This document shows positions 1 through 14,990 of a stretch of 64,000 nucleotides of DNA, piece after piece (positions within the stretch are counted from its first letter, which is position 1; each line of letters begins with the position of its first letter). The notes beneath the pieces were generated by a model. The model was not told where the DNA came from, did not search any database, and saw only the letters and a list, made by a program, of their open reading frames with translations. The stretch comes from the human T2T-CHM13v2.0 reference genome, Homo sapiens, in NCBI RefSeq assembly GCF_009914755.1, contig NC_060928.1, one strand, 5' to 3'. Both the position numbers and the translations under genes were made by a program.

Positions 1-494
1 CCAAAGCTTTTACATGGGGTGAAAAAAAGCTAAACTATATTAAGAGTACATTTATGAGACAATGGCAAAGCGAACAAGCAAGAGAAAGGATTTTGACATA
101 TCTCAGTTGACATTATGAAAACTCTCATTGCTTATCCTTGGAGGAAATATAGCAACCACCTGACTACTCACAAGCAGCAAATGCTAGAGAAGACTCTCCC
201 CTCTTAATATCAATAAACTAATCCCCACCTTACATGCCATTTAAGTACAAGGAGAAAGTAGGGAGGTATATAGGCTTTTAGTTCTTTTAACATTTGAGAA
301 CCCATTTTGGCCCCAAGTTTAGATACCTCAACATTTCTGTCACTAACCTTCTTCCCTCCCTCCTTCCCCTGCTTCCTGACCCCCCAAACCCACCCCTTTG
401 TCTCTCTCTCTCCCCCGACCCTCTCCTCCTCTTCCCTTGCTTCTGAGTTGGGAGGGATTTGAGAAGAATGAACCCATACCAACTCCGCCCTAGC

Positions 495-1040
495 CAGCAT
501 TCAAGATGGCCCCATGAATCTTGTCTCCTGGTATTCATGCTTTTTCTGTAGTCTCCTCCCATATGGACTCAGAGTTGGTCTGTGTAACTCACAGGGTGTA
601 GTGGGGGTGACAGTGTGTCACTTCCAAGGCTGGGTTAAAAAAATGCACAGTGGCTTCCTACGTGCACCCTCTCTGTCAACTTCCATTTTGATAGGATGCT
701 CACTCATCACGTGTAGAGGCCCATGCAGATAGGAACTGGGGCCTCCCAGTGACGACCAGCACCAACTTGCCAGCCGTGTGACCGAACCACCTTGGCAATG
801 GATCCTTCAGCCATAGTCAGGCCTTTAGCTGACTGCGGCCTTGGTCAACATCCTGACTGCAAACTCACGAGAGACACAGAGCCAGACCCCCCAGCTAGAC
901 CACTGCCAAATTCTTGCCTCAGAGAAACCATAAGAGACAGTTAATGCTTATTGTTGTTCTAAGCCAATAAATTTTGAGGTAATAGGTTATGCAACAAGTA
1001 CATACTATGTAATAGGTATGCAATAGTATACAATAATACA
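495..1040 (+). mobile_element. MLT1-family MaLR LTR, with a short tandem duplication at its 3' end (~980-1040)
   Basis: AAGATGGCCCC...CTCCTGGTATTCA start; 3' end TAAGCCAATAAATTTTGAGGTAATAGGTTATGCAAC...AATAATACA typical of MLT1 LTRs. Confidence 0.7.
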
Positions 1041-1972
1041 AATACTTTAAAAGAAAAGTCAGAAATCTAAGGATAACAAATTCAGAGCTTTTTAAAATAA
1101 GAATGTTATCTCCCTTGAGTATTTAGAGCCTCTAGTAATTGTCCTTGTAGAATTTGAAGAAGGTTGCAAACTTTCCTTCTTTGTTATTTAGAGAAAATGT
1201 GTAACAAAACCTATAAGAAATCACTGCTAATCTATACCTCAGGAGCCTCATCTCCTGATAACTTTTTTTGGCAAAATATCAGTGCTCTTCCATTGTGTGT
1301 GTTCAAAGTTTTAGTCATCCTTACTTAGTTAAGATGATTATATATGAGTATACCTTTTAGTTAACTTCCTTTTGATACATGGTTTATTTCATGCCTAGGG
1401 TAATGATTGATGTTTATTCAAATGAGCTGATGTGGATGCAAGTTCCTCAGTGCTATACAGTAAAATTGCTGTTGACATCTTCCAGAACAAAACTGAGATA
1501 AGATCCTAATTGTGGATTCCCAAATATTACTTTTCAAATACTGTTACATTATGCTGACTATTATTTTCCATTCTGGTGCTTCTTAAGCTCATTACATGGT
1601 GATGATTTGTATATGGGAACAGTCTGAAGAAAAACAATTGTGTGATTTTAGATAAAAACAGGATTCAACCGAGATATGGAGTATCTCAAAGTAAAATGTG
1701 CTATTCCCATCTTTCTATTCTGTGTTTGGCTCCAAGTCCTTAAACATTCATTCAATACACACTATACAGATGTTCAAAGAATGCCTAGTGTGCATTGCTT
1801 AGTGCTCAACTGTGCTAAGCATTATTCCACACATGGGGATGGAACAATGAACAAGACAAACAAAGGTTCTGCCCTCATGAAGTTTACATTTTAGTCTGGG
1901 AGACAGTTAATAGGAAAACAAGTATAAAACAATATAATGTGGGATATTGTTAAGTACTAAAAAGAAAAGGGT

Positions 1973-2316
<344 letters not shown>

Positions 2317-2816
2317 CTAATTTAGATGGAGGATCAGGGGAGTAAAATATGGGCAGGGACTTGAATTATATAGAAAGAGCAAACCATGCAGAAATCTGGG
2401 GGAAGAACATTTCTAACGGGGAAAGATCACGTTTTTAAGCCGTGAGTGAACAGAAGCTTGGCATGTGGGAGCTTAAGAGTAAGAGATGAGAGAGGCTGTC
2501 AGAGTACATAGGGCATGATGGGGAAGGGGGATACAGTAGAAGATGAGATTGGAGAAATAAACAGGAAACTTGCAAGCCCGGGTAAGGACTTCGGTGTCTA
2601 TTCAATGCATGATGAGAAGCCACAAGAAAATTCCAAGCAAGGAAGTTATGTGATCTAATTTAATTTTTTAAATAGCACACTTTGCAGCTGCATGAAGAAT
2701 AGTCTGGAGGTAGCGAGAAAGCCAGCAAGACCCCTTGAAGGGTTACTGTAGTTCAGGCCAGAAACCATGGTGGCTTGTGGGGTGGAAGTAGTTAGTGGAG
2801 GCAATAAGAAGTGATG

Positions 2817-3511
2817 GGAGCTGCATCTGCTGCAAGAATGAAGGCTGTTCTCAGTAATCAGACTGTCCACATTCCAGAAAATGTCGACATCACTCTGAAG
2901 GGGCACAGTTCTTGTGAAAGGCCCTAGAGGACCCTGCAGAGGGACTTCAGTCACGTCAGTATAGAACTCGGGCTCCTTGGAAAGAAAAAGCAGAGGCTCC
3001 AGATTGACAAATGCTGAGAAGATGGGAATTGGCTGCCATGCGTGCTATCTGTAGTCATGCACAGAAGATGATCAAGGGCGTTATACTGGGCTTCTGTGAC
3101 AAGATGAGGTCTCTGTGTTCTCACTTCCCCATCAATGTCATTATGCAGGAGAATAGCTCTATTGTAGAAGTCAGAACTTTCTTGAGCGAAAAATATATCT
3201 GCAGGGTTCGGGTGAGCCCAGGTGTTGCTTGTTCAATATCCCAAGCCCAGAAAGATGAGTTCGTCCTTAAAGGAAATGACATTGAACTTGTTTCAAATTC
3301 AGCTGCTTTGACTCAGCAAACCACAACAGCTAAAAACCAGGATATCAGAACATTTTAGATGGTATCTATGTCTCTGAAAAAGGGACAGTTCAGCAGGCTG
3401 ATGAGTAAAATCTAAGAGTTGTACAGCTACAGAAACAAGATGTCAGATAATTCCTAAGACCTATTTGTGATATTTTAATAATGTAATAAAAGACAGCTAT
3501 TGAAAAATAAA
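2817..3511 (+). pseudogene. RPL9: Processed pseudogene of 60S ribosomal protein L9 (uL6)
   Basis: ATG at 2838 gives [22 protein letters not shown] (RPL9 [22 protein letters not shown]); ORF 3011-3358 contains [25 protein letters not shown]...[13 protein letters not shown]; ends GIYVSEKGTVQQADE, stop 3406-3408. Intronless, frameshifted, AATAAA at 3485, short A-tail, degenerate TSD AATAAGAAGTGATG (2803-2816) / AATAAAGTAGTGATG (3506-3520). Confidence 0.97.
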
Positions 3512-4780
3512 GTAGTGATGAGGTTTCAAGACATGAATGATGGGATTTGCTGATGGCTAGCACTCAGGATGTAAGGGAAAGAGAAGGATTGAGGCTAACT
3601 ATTGAGTTTTGGTCTAAGAACTGCATGAAAGGTGGTATTTATGGACGTGGTGAAGAGTAAGGGAGAGCAATTTGGGAGGTGGAAGAGAACCGAGAGATCT
3701 GTGGCCAGGTTAAGTTTGAGGTGTGTTTATACATTTCCATATGGGAATGTCAAGTAGGCAGCTCGAAATACAAATCGCAAAGATGTTGGACTCAAGCTAT
3801 AAACTTGAGAGTCACCACAGGAGAAATTGTGTTTAAGGCCATGAGACTATTTGCTGTCTCTTAAGGCAGTGAATGTAAATAGAGAGAAGTTCTAAGAACC
3901 GGCCTTGAAGCACTCTAGCATTAGAGGCCGAAGGTGAAAAGGGGTACCCAGTAAGATGGAAAGCCCAGAAGAGTTTCCAGATGAGGACGATGTTTCAGGA
4001 AGAAAAGAAATGAGTGATCCATTTTATCCATGCTACAGAGTGTCCAAAACAAATGAGGACCGAGAATAATCTTTTGAATTGGACAAGACGAGGTCCTGGT
4101 TGACATTCCAGGAAGGGGCGGAGACAGAGCCTGAGTGAAGTGTGTTGAAAGAATGAAAGGTAGGAAAGTAGACACCATGAAATACAAACAGATGTTTCAA
4201 GGAATTAGCTGTGAGGACAAACAGAAAACTGATACAGTACCCAGCTGGAAATGTTGATTTCCTCAGATTTCTTATCTACAAGGTGAAAAATTTTAGATAA
4301 CTTCTAAATCCCAATGTATTACATTGCCAAGTCAAAAAAACATCCTAGGGTGAGTGCCTGAAAGGCTAAATTGTGAAAAAGAGTCATTACTCGGGTTGTT
4401 GATGTCCTAAATATGATGGTGTCATTACTGACTAGGGAGGGTGCTAGCATCATTTGTATCCAATGCCCATGTAATGATTTGAGATGACAATGGAAACGTT
4501 AAGAAATAATTTAAATCTATTATGAGAACAACTCTCATTTATTAGTTTACTTGTAGCCATTTCTGTGATTCAAATGAGCATTATGATTATTTTCTGACAG
4601 AAAGAACGAAATCTCAGGACAGTTCCATGTCCATCTGTAATTAGACCTCATGGCCAGAGGGCCACAACAGTGAGGTATGTGACACATCACCTCTGGGCTG
4701 CTGTAGCTGGGCGGCATGATGACTAAGTGAAAATGACAACGGCAATAGTAACAGGTGTCACTATACCACTTTAGAATTTA

Positions 4781-5112
<332 letters not shown>

Positions 5113-5856
5113 TTAATCATAGGGACCATTTAAAATGCTCTTTCATTTGTATTAAATTAGTTCTCCAACTCTGACAGTTTGAGCATGGTTGGCCCAGCTA
5201 TCCTGATGGCTCCTTCCTGCTATTTTTTTTTTAATGTTTAAAACTCATCTTTTCAAGCTCAAGAGCTGTTGCTTTGAAGAGGATTTGAATAAGCATCTGA
5301 AACTGTTGGCTCAGACATTGATCCAACTCAAATTTCCAAAGCTGCTACCAGAATGCTTTTCCCATACAGATCCAAAATGAATGTGAAATGCTGCCTGTCC
5401 TCTTTCTCCTGTCTTCCTTTCAGTGACTCCACTTTCTCCACAGTGGCCCTCCACGTCAGGCAGCCCTTCTAAAGAATCCACTGCTTGGGTGTGTGTGTTC
5501 CCCACGTTGCATTCAGAAGGCACATCCATGCATCTCAGGCGTGTAGGTTCTTCAGCATGAATCATGCAAACTTGGTGAACCATAAACCTCTCCCTGTGGA
5601 TATGAGTTTGTTGGTATTTTAGTCTGCTTGGAAACAGTCTGAGAAACATTAAACCCAGCTTTTTTGAGGTTAGTCCAAATTATTTTTTTAGACTAGAGAA
5701 AAAAAAATATTATGTCTCCTAAGGAAACTTGTAACCACGAACAGTAAATTTTAAATGTTTTAGAATGGTTTTCTTTTTCCCCCTCCCACATCCCCCACTT
5801 GTGCATAGTTGAAATCCCTAGTTTCTCTCACCAAGAAATACTACATGCTAGACTCA

Positions 5857-6261
<405 letters not shown>

Positions 6262-6595
6262 TTATACTGACCCCACCAATCTTACCCTTTCTCCACTTTT
6301 CCAGTTCAATCATCCCCTAAGTATTCGTGTATAGTAGGATTTTAAAATGCACAGTACCATTCATGTGCAGAAAAGCACCTTTATTTATAAAATATGAATT
6401 CAACTTGCTCTACTTGGCAGGAAGGTACCTAGACCTCACTCACCTATTCAAGGAAACTGAGTCACTTCCTGTTTCAAACCACAGTTTTTCCAGGTTAACT
6501 CAATCTCTGTAGCATTTACCATATCCAGCCTCAAAGGACCCCACCCATCCATCCTTTCTTTGTTCCTTTGGGGAAAGAGGAACCTGTGAGAAGAA

Positions 6596-7072
<477 letters not shown>

Positions 7073-8447
7073 TCACAACTGCAAGGCATGAGGCCTCTCT
7101 CCCTCCCTGGCGTTTCCACATGGCACTTCCCCTTGTGTTTGACGTGTCAGCCTCTGTCCTCATTGCAAATCTCCTCTGCCTTCCAGCCTCAGTCTCTGTA
7201 CAGACTCTGCCCTCCTCATCTTGGCTGCAGGGTTGTCAGGTTCTTTGGCCTTCTCATCTCACAGCCACAGGAGCGTTTGTGAACTTGTGATCCTCCCTAG
7301 TTCCCGGCTCTGGCAGTGGGTGCGGGGAGGCCTCAACACAGCCAGCCCCTTGGTTACTCTACTGTGACTACCTCCTTTTGGCTCCGGGCTCGGTGACCTA
7401 CTTCCAAATACCAAATTGCAGCATGGGACTTTTCTGATTTTCATTTGCCCCCTCAAATCTATGAGGTTTCTATGATCTCTTTCATCTCTTCTCTTTCTCG
7501 TGAGTTACAAGGGAGTAGGGGCGTACCGGGTGCCTCAGAAGGAACCCAAGTAGCAATTTCACCATAGTCTCATCCCTCCAAATTTCTCCTAAAAAATATT
7601 CCCTCAATCCAGGATTTTTACTACTTCCCTCTGTGGAGAGAAACCCCATGTCTAACATCTGTCTCACCCAAGAGCATGCTGGAAAATTCTTTGGCTTCAA
7701 AGTCCAAAGATTGATTCTGGATATTGAATGTCCAGCTAAGGGAAACCAAGAAAAGACTTTTCTGTTTTCTCCTTCAGGTACCTGGTCCTTGAAATTGAAA
7801 CCTAGACACTTATGCCTATTGTTTTTCTTGTAACTTTCAAAATCTATTTTGATGTCAAAATGGAACAATGGTTTTTTTGTTATCCATCGAGTTCTGCCCT
7901 TCTCAAGAAGTATGGATGGCTCAACCTCAGCAGATGGAAAGCTACAGGGAAATAGGAAGTACCATCTCAAGGAAAAGAAATGTGCCTCATTAGAAATGTC
8001 CGATGCATTTTTTGTTCTCAGTCGTTCTTGCAACCCAAGGACTGAGTTGCAAGTCAAAGTGTTTATCAATGTTAAGTTTGAACCAAAGACAAAAATCTCT
8101 GTTGTTCTTTCCTTCTTAGTAGTTCTTAAACTACTTATATATTAGAACGCTGCTGTGGAGGAAGAAATATTTTTAGTTTTTCATACGGAAAAGTTTTAAG
8201 ACACACATTTCCATGGAGTATATTTTTCCCACAGTGTTTTCCAAAGCCTCTGTCTTTGGCTCAGCATTTCTCCAACTGGAAGTTTCACCAATGAGTCCCC
8301 TGTGTTCCTGTGGTCCGCTGTAGGGCTACTCTGGAGTCTCTGGCTTATTAGCATGTAAAACTCGGAGATTCTTTCCCTCCAGTTAAAGTCATATCCACAG
8401 GATTTACATGAAATATATTATATACGGCACCTTTCTTTGTAAGGTAG

Positions 8448-8794
<347 letters not shown>

Positions 8795-9177
8795 AGGAAA
8801 TATTCTATTCTAGTGTCAGTGGCATTCTTTTTGCTTCCCTCATAATCCTGGACCTGCACAGGATTAGAATTTCAGTCATTCTTTCCTAATGAACCATGTT
8901 TAAGTTTTATCACTTTGTAATACTCTCTTATTCTTCTCCAAACTCAGTCTTATTTCCCTGTGGTTTTCATTTATAAGGGAAGAAAAGAAAGGACGACAAG
9001 TCTATTTTTAGGGATCCATTAAAAATTCATTTTTTAATAGTCCATAAACATTGCGAAGTAACTTGGGACTCATACATACAAATTCTGATTATTTTAAATT
9101 GCTTCATGTGATAATTGCAAGCATTTATTGAGCATTTACACATTACTGAACTTAAAACACATAAAAATGCCATTCTC

Positions 9178-9470
9178 GGCTGGGCGCAGTGGCTCACACT
9201 TGTAATCTCAGCACTTTGGGAGCCAATCCAGGCAAATGGCTTGAGTCCAGGAGTTTGAGACCAGCCTGGCCATCATAATGGAACCCCATCTCTACTAAAA
9301 ATACAAAAATGAGCCAGGTATGGTGGCATGTGCCTGTCATCCCAGCTCCTGGGGAGGCTGAGGTAGGAGGATTGCCTGAGCCTGGGAGGTTGAGGTTACA
9401 GTGAGCCAAGATTGTGCCTGTGCACTTCAGCCTGGGCGACTGGAGTGAGACCCTATCCCAAAAAAAAAGA
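9178..9470 (+). mobile_element. Alu (AluJ-like)
   Basis: Full dimer; TSD AAAAATGCCATTCTC. Confidence 0.93.
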
Positions 9471-9483
9471 AAAAGCCATTCTC

Positions 9484-10160
9484 TGGCGATCATTAAAAAG
9501 TCAGGAAACAACAGATGCTGGAGAGGATGTGGAGAAATAGGAATGCTTTTACACTGTTGGTGGGATTGTAAATTAGTTCAACCATTGTGGAAGACAGTGT
9601 GGTGATCCCTCAAGGATCTAGAACCAGAAATACCATTTGACCCAGCGATCCCATTACTGGGTATATGCTCATTGGATTATAAATCATTTTACTATAAAGA
9701 CACACGCACACGTATGTTTATTGCAGCACTGTTCACAATAGCAAAGACTTGGAACCAACCCAAATGCCCATCAATGATAGACTACATAAAGAAAATGTGG
9801 CACATATACATGATGGAATACTATGCAGCCATAAGAAAGGATGAATTCATGTCCTTTGCAGGGATATGGATGAAGCTGGAAACCATTATTCTCAGCAAAC
9901 TAACACAGGAACAGAAAACCAAACACCACATGTTCTCACTCATAAGTGGGAGTTGAACAATGAGAACACATGGACACAGGGAGGGGAACATCACACACTG
10001 GGGCCTGTTGGGGTAGGGGGCAAAGGGAGGGAAGCATTAGGAGAAATACCTAATGTAGATAACAGGTTGATGGGTGCAGCAAACCACCATGGCACATGTA
10101 TACCTATGTAACAAACGTGGACATTCTGCACGTGTATCCCAGAAGGTAAAGTATAACTTT
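9484..10160 (+). mobile_element. 5'-truncated L1PA: ORF2 C-terminus and 3' UTR
   Basis: Encodes [39 protein letters not shown] and RMFIAALFTIAKTWNQPKCPSM...LETIILSKL (L1 ORF2p cysteine-rich C-terminus); L1PA 3' UTR. Confidence 0.96.
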
Positions 10161-10289
10161 AAAAATGCCATTCTCTACAGAATTTGATAAATTTTTAATC
10201 TCAGAGCTTGAAATCAGTTACAACACTGTTTTAATCTATGAAATTATTTCAGTGTCTTTCTATGAAATTTAGACCCAATCTTCAGATAC

Positions 10290-10500
10290 CATAGAGTACC
10301 TACTATGTGCCGGGTGCTCTAATTAGAATCTTCCATTTCATTGTCATTTAATTCTCACAAGAACCCTGCTAAGCAGGTGGCATTATCTCCTTTCCACCTG
10401 TGAGGAAACAGGTTCACAGCCGTTCCACAGCCCCAAGCCTCACATGGAGTAAGAGGTTGAGTAAGATCTGAAGACACATGGCACTTTTAGGCCACACAGT
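10290..10500 (-). mobile_element. MIR fragment
   Basis: TACCTACTATGTGCC...ATTTAATTCTCACAAGAACCCTG...GAGGAAAC core. Confidence 0.65.
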
Positions 10501-11401
10501 GTCCAAGGTATTTAAATGAAGTAGATGACTGAGTGTTTTTTAAGCCACACACTTACAGAAAAGACACTAGGAGATGAGCAGAAGGTGTTTCCCTGGAGAT
10601 GCTGCCCTGGTACCACAGCAGCAGGAGGTGGGACAAGCTGACTTCTACTCTGAGTGAGTTAAGAACCTCAGGGCTGCTCTGGGATAGAGACAGCATGAAC
10701 ACCAGTGCATGGAGCCATTGTACCCTGGCCATGGTTTTTGTTTTAGATCAGCATCAGGTTCAGAAATCCAGAACCAAAAAGAAATGAATGCAACTCCCAT
10801 TCCATCAGGTCAGGAGTGACCAGGCCTCCCACAGACCTTTGCCTGTTTCCTCCCCAAGCGAGCCTCAGAGCCTTAGAAGCCCTCTCCCACATGGTCTTGT
10901 ATTAAATCATGTTCTTCTAGGTCAAATAACAAGGGTCCGTTATTCATGCCTCTGTTTATTTATTCATATGTGTATTCATTTTATTCACCTATAAATATTT
11001 ACTGCAGTAATATTAACCAGCGTCCTTGTGGATATCAGAGTGCCACGGATATAAATATGGGAAGAAAAAGAAACCACTTTAAAGAAAAAAATTCTTTTAG
11101 AGAGTATACTTACTATATGTCTTCTTATAGATATGGGACTTTGTCAATGGTGAGTGCTCAGTAAATATTCAGAGACGAATAAAATGAATAAACGTATGAA
11201 TGAACAGAGGAGTGAATAATGGACCCTTGTTACTTGACCTGAGAGAACATAATTTAATACAGGACCAATTTCTATCATTTTCCTATAAGTAATGTATTTC
11301 TATATTACATATGATATTTTGATATAAATTATATTTTATAAGTAAATCACCTCTAGGCTGGAAAACTCACCCTATGTTGGCCCCTAGGAACATTTAAAAA
11401 A

Positions 11402-11567
11402 ATTTTTTTAGAAACAGGATCTTTCTATGTTGTCCAGGCTGGAGCACAATAGCTATTCACAGGTGCAGTCATAGCACACTACGGCCTCAAATTCCTGGGC
11501 TCAAGAGATTCTCTCACCTCAACCTCCAGAGTAGCTCCGACTACAGATGTGTGCCACTGTGCCCAAC
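11402..11567 (-). mobile_element. FAM (fossil Alu monomer, 7SL-derived)
   Basis: Monomer containing the FAM-specific GCTATTCACAGG segment (reverse complement CCTGTGAATAGC). Confidence 0.8.
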
Positions 11568-13261
11568 TTTTAGAGATTTTTTTTTTCTGGCTCAGAAAAA
11601 ATCCCTCTCAGTATGTTTATTCCAAACCCTTTCTAACAGGTGTCCATGCGTTAGGCAAAAAGCCTTACAGCTTCTCAGATTCTTCTCAGATTCAAAGATT
11701 CATCTGTATTCATCATTTGAGATTCATCTCAAAGACTTGCTTAGAGATGACCGTACCATCTCTAAGCAAGTTTTCCTTTCTCTCTAACCTGCTCCTTTGG
11801 TTCCCGCACCTCTCTTGGCTCCAGGTGTCAATAAACAACACCTTTGTCAGCTCTTTCCATTGCCTCCTCCTGGTCAGAGCATGCTGAGTGAGCTTCACTT
11901 AAAGCCTCACTTTTGCATCGGATAACTTTTTCTCATTTGAATCGAGGGTTTATACACTGCCCAATATACCATATCCAATATAAACAGGAAAGAACATGAT
12001 TTCTTTGTAGTAGGTAGCCTCCCTTCTAGGTCTTCTTTTACAGTGTGATGGTTATCAGGCTTAGGAATCAGAAAAAGTTAGTCTGAATCTAATCTCTAGT
12101 CCTTAGCTTTAACCTGGGCAAGTTATTGCCATCATCTGAAAAATGAAGATAAAAAGAATGATGAACAAATGAGATCACATATGCAAAACATACAGCACAA
12201 TATTTGAAAATAGAGAAGGTTTAGTAAATGGAAGCGATGATGCTGAAGGAGGGAGAAGGAAAAACAGAGTAGAAGAAGAAGAGGAGAAAATTGCTAAATA
12301 ATGAGTAGCCATCTTGAGAGACAGAGAGCGTGGCCCAGAGGACATGAGAGATTAGGAACTGCTGCGTTTTATAGGGAAAGGGAACACAAGGGTAGGAATG
12401 TACTGGAAATTCCATCCAAAGAGGACTCAAGGTAATGCAAGTCAGAATGGGTACTTGGGAGCATGGGATGACCTCAGAGCCAAGGTGATATTACATCCCA
12501 CTGTCACCCACTTCACACTGTGGTCTTAATTTAGCTACACGTTCATGGACAAGAAGTTCAGAGCCAGCTCACACTGCAGAACTGGGTTCCGGTTTTATAA
12601 GCTAACTTACTGTTTGCCACAGATTGTAACCTCTTTCCCAAAGAACAGACATACCAGGAGCCAGAAAGTAGCTTTTAATTAATGAATTTGTCATCTGCTG
12701 CTCAGTGGTAATGAGGGAAATCCTGTGCCATACATTCTTTTAAGTGTAGATTCAGGATCTGGATATGTACTAGTGAGGTCAGCAATTCAGCCCTTTACCT
12801 CTGATTGTGGGCCAAATAAATGGCTGAATTACTCATGGGGGTGTGGATTTTGTTAAGTGTGGTGGGTAGGGGTTGGGAGGAAGAGAAGAGGGTGTGTCTT
12901 TCTTGGCATAGGCCAAAATGAATGAAAATGCTTTGAATGTTATTATAATCTATTCTGTGACCATGTCCAGGTGGCTTTCTGCCATGGCTCTGGGCACACC
13001 CATATGGACTTAGTCCCTTTCTGTAGGGATTTCACAGTTTCTGGTTGGCAGAGTAAGGACCCAAGCAGGAAGATTTTCTTCCCCACCCAACACACCCCTG
13101 AATCCTGCCAAATGTGAGGTGTGGGAGTGATAATATCAACGCAATAATACCAATAGTAACCACAATAGGTTCTTAAGAAACTGGAAAAGGGTACTGAGAA
13201 GTTTTTTCCACCTTTTTTGTATGCCTAGTTTGCTACATTGCTCCTAAGTTCCTAGACTTCT

Positions 13262-13338
13262 GGGCAGCTCTGCCTATGGAATAGCCATTCTTTTACTCCT
13301 TTACTTTCTTAATAAACTTGCTTTCACTTAAAAAATAA
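13262..13338 (+). mobile_element. Retroposed ~70-bp MER41-like ERV1 LTR fragment with A-tail and 17-bp TSD
   Basis: CTGCCTATGGAATAGCCATTCTTTTACTCCTTTACTTTCTTAATAAACTTGCTTTCACTT then A-rich tail; TSD TAAGTTCCTAGACTTCT at 13245-13261 and 13339-13355. Confidence 0.8.
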
Positions 13339-13429
13339 TAAGTTCCTAGACTTCTCTTTAGTGAATACTAGAGCTCTACCTGAAAGAACCCACATTTTCA
13401 GGTCAATTCCCAAAACTCAAATGGTAGTG

Positions 13430-14330
13430 TCATGGACTTGAAAGCAGTCTTAGGGACTGTCCATTCCAACATTCTGCCCATCACAGACATTCCCTGGGAG
13501 CACCCAAGGCAGGCGGTTGTCCAGCCTGTGAATGGACACATGCAGAGACGGAGAGCCTGTTTCCTGAGAAGGCCAAGCCATGATGGGCATCTGTAGTGGC
13601 TGCAAGACAGCATAATGCGGGGGAAAGAGTATAGGATTGGGAGGCATGGGAATTGGTTCAGTGCTTGTTCTTCCACTGACCAGCTGAACGACCTTCGGGA
13701 GAAGTCACTGCGCCTTAGAATGAGTCACTTATCAACTATGAAGCTGTTGGATATGATCTCAGTCATTCTAGCAATAACATGGTCATTTAAAGTTGTTTTT
13801 CTACGTCTAGCCAAAACTGGCCTCCTGTAACTGCCAGCTATTGGTGTTAGTTCTAATTTTGAGAAATGTAGAGGATGGGTCTTATCTCATTGGTGTGGCA
13901 GCAAATCAAGTATTTAAAGATGGCTGCAATGACCCTGTAAGTTATCTCTTCTTTAGTATAAACATCTCAAGATACTGTAAATCTTCCTTTTATGACTTGG
14001 CTTTCAGAAATCTTCCTCCTCCTGACAGTCCTCTTCCAGACAGACTCAACTCTTTAAATTATGGTCCCTAGAATTGGATGCAACATTTCACAACCGGCCA
14101 AATAAGAGCCCAGGAAGTACTGGGACTGTAACAACCCAACCCTCCACAACTATCTCTGCCTTTCATCTAGACCCTGTGCTGCTTTTCACTTAAGTTTGCC
14201 TTTGCGTTAGTTATTTCAGCCTCCATCGTCATCTCATGCCACAGACTGTGCCTGTGGTTGGGTACAGCCACCAGGCCCTTACACATGACCTGCTCTCCAG
14301 CCACTTCTCCCCTGTTCTGGACAAACACAT
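13430..14330 (-). mobile_element. Probable L3/CR1 remnants with an embedded MIR (~13610-13770)
   Basis: CR1-like motifs GGTTGTCCAGCCTGTGAATGGACAC...GGAGAGC and AGAATTGGATGCAACATTTC; heavily diverged. Confidence 0.45.
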
Positions 14331-14455
14331 AGAATGATTTCCCCCTTTTCACTATACAATTAATATATATGCATAGTAATGTAGAAAGCTGAACAATAGC
14401 TGCCCAAATTGCAGTATCCAGAGATAACATTGTTAACTTAGGCTAATACCAGTAA

Positions 14456-14990
<535 letters not shown>

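Noticed and set aside
7482-8069. 195-aa minus-strand ORF between the arms of inverted repeat 1, superficially like a transposon with terminal inverted repeats
   Set aside because: Starts at TTG, first ATG is far downstream, no transposase or other recognisable motif, and no TSD outside the arms; consistent with a chance ORF.
9414-10111. L1 ORF2 fragments as an active element
   Set aside because: Only the 3'-most ~680 bp are present, with stops.
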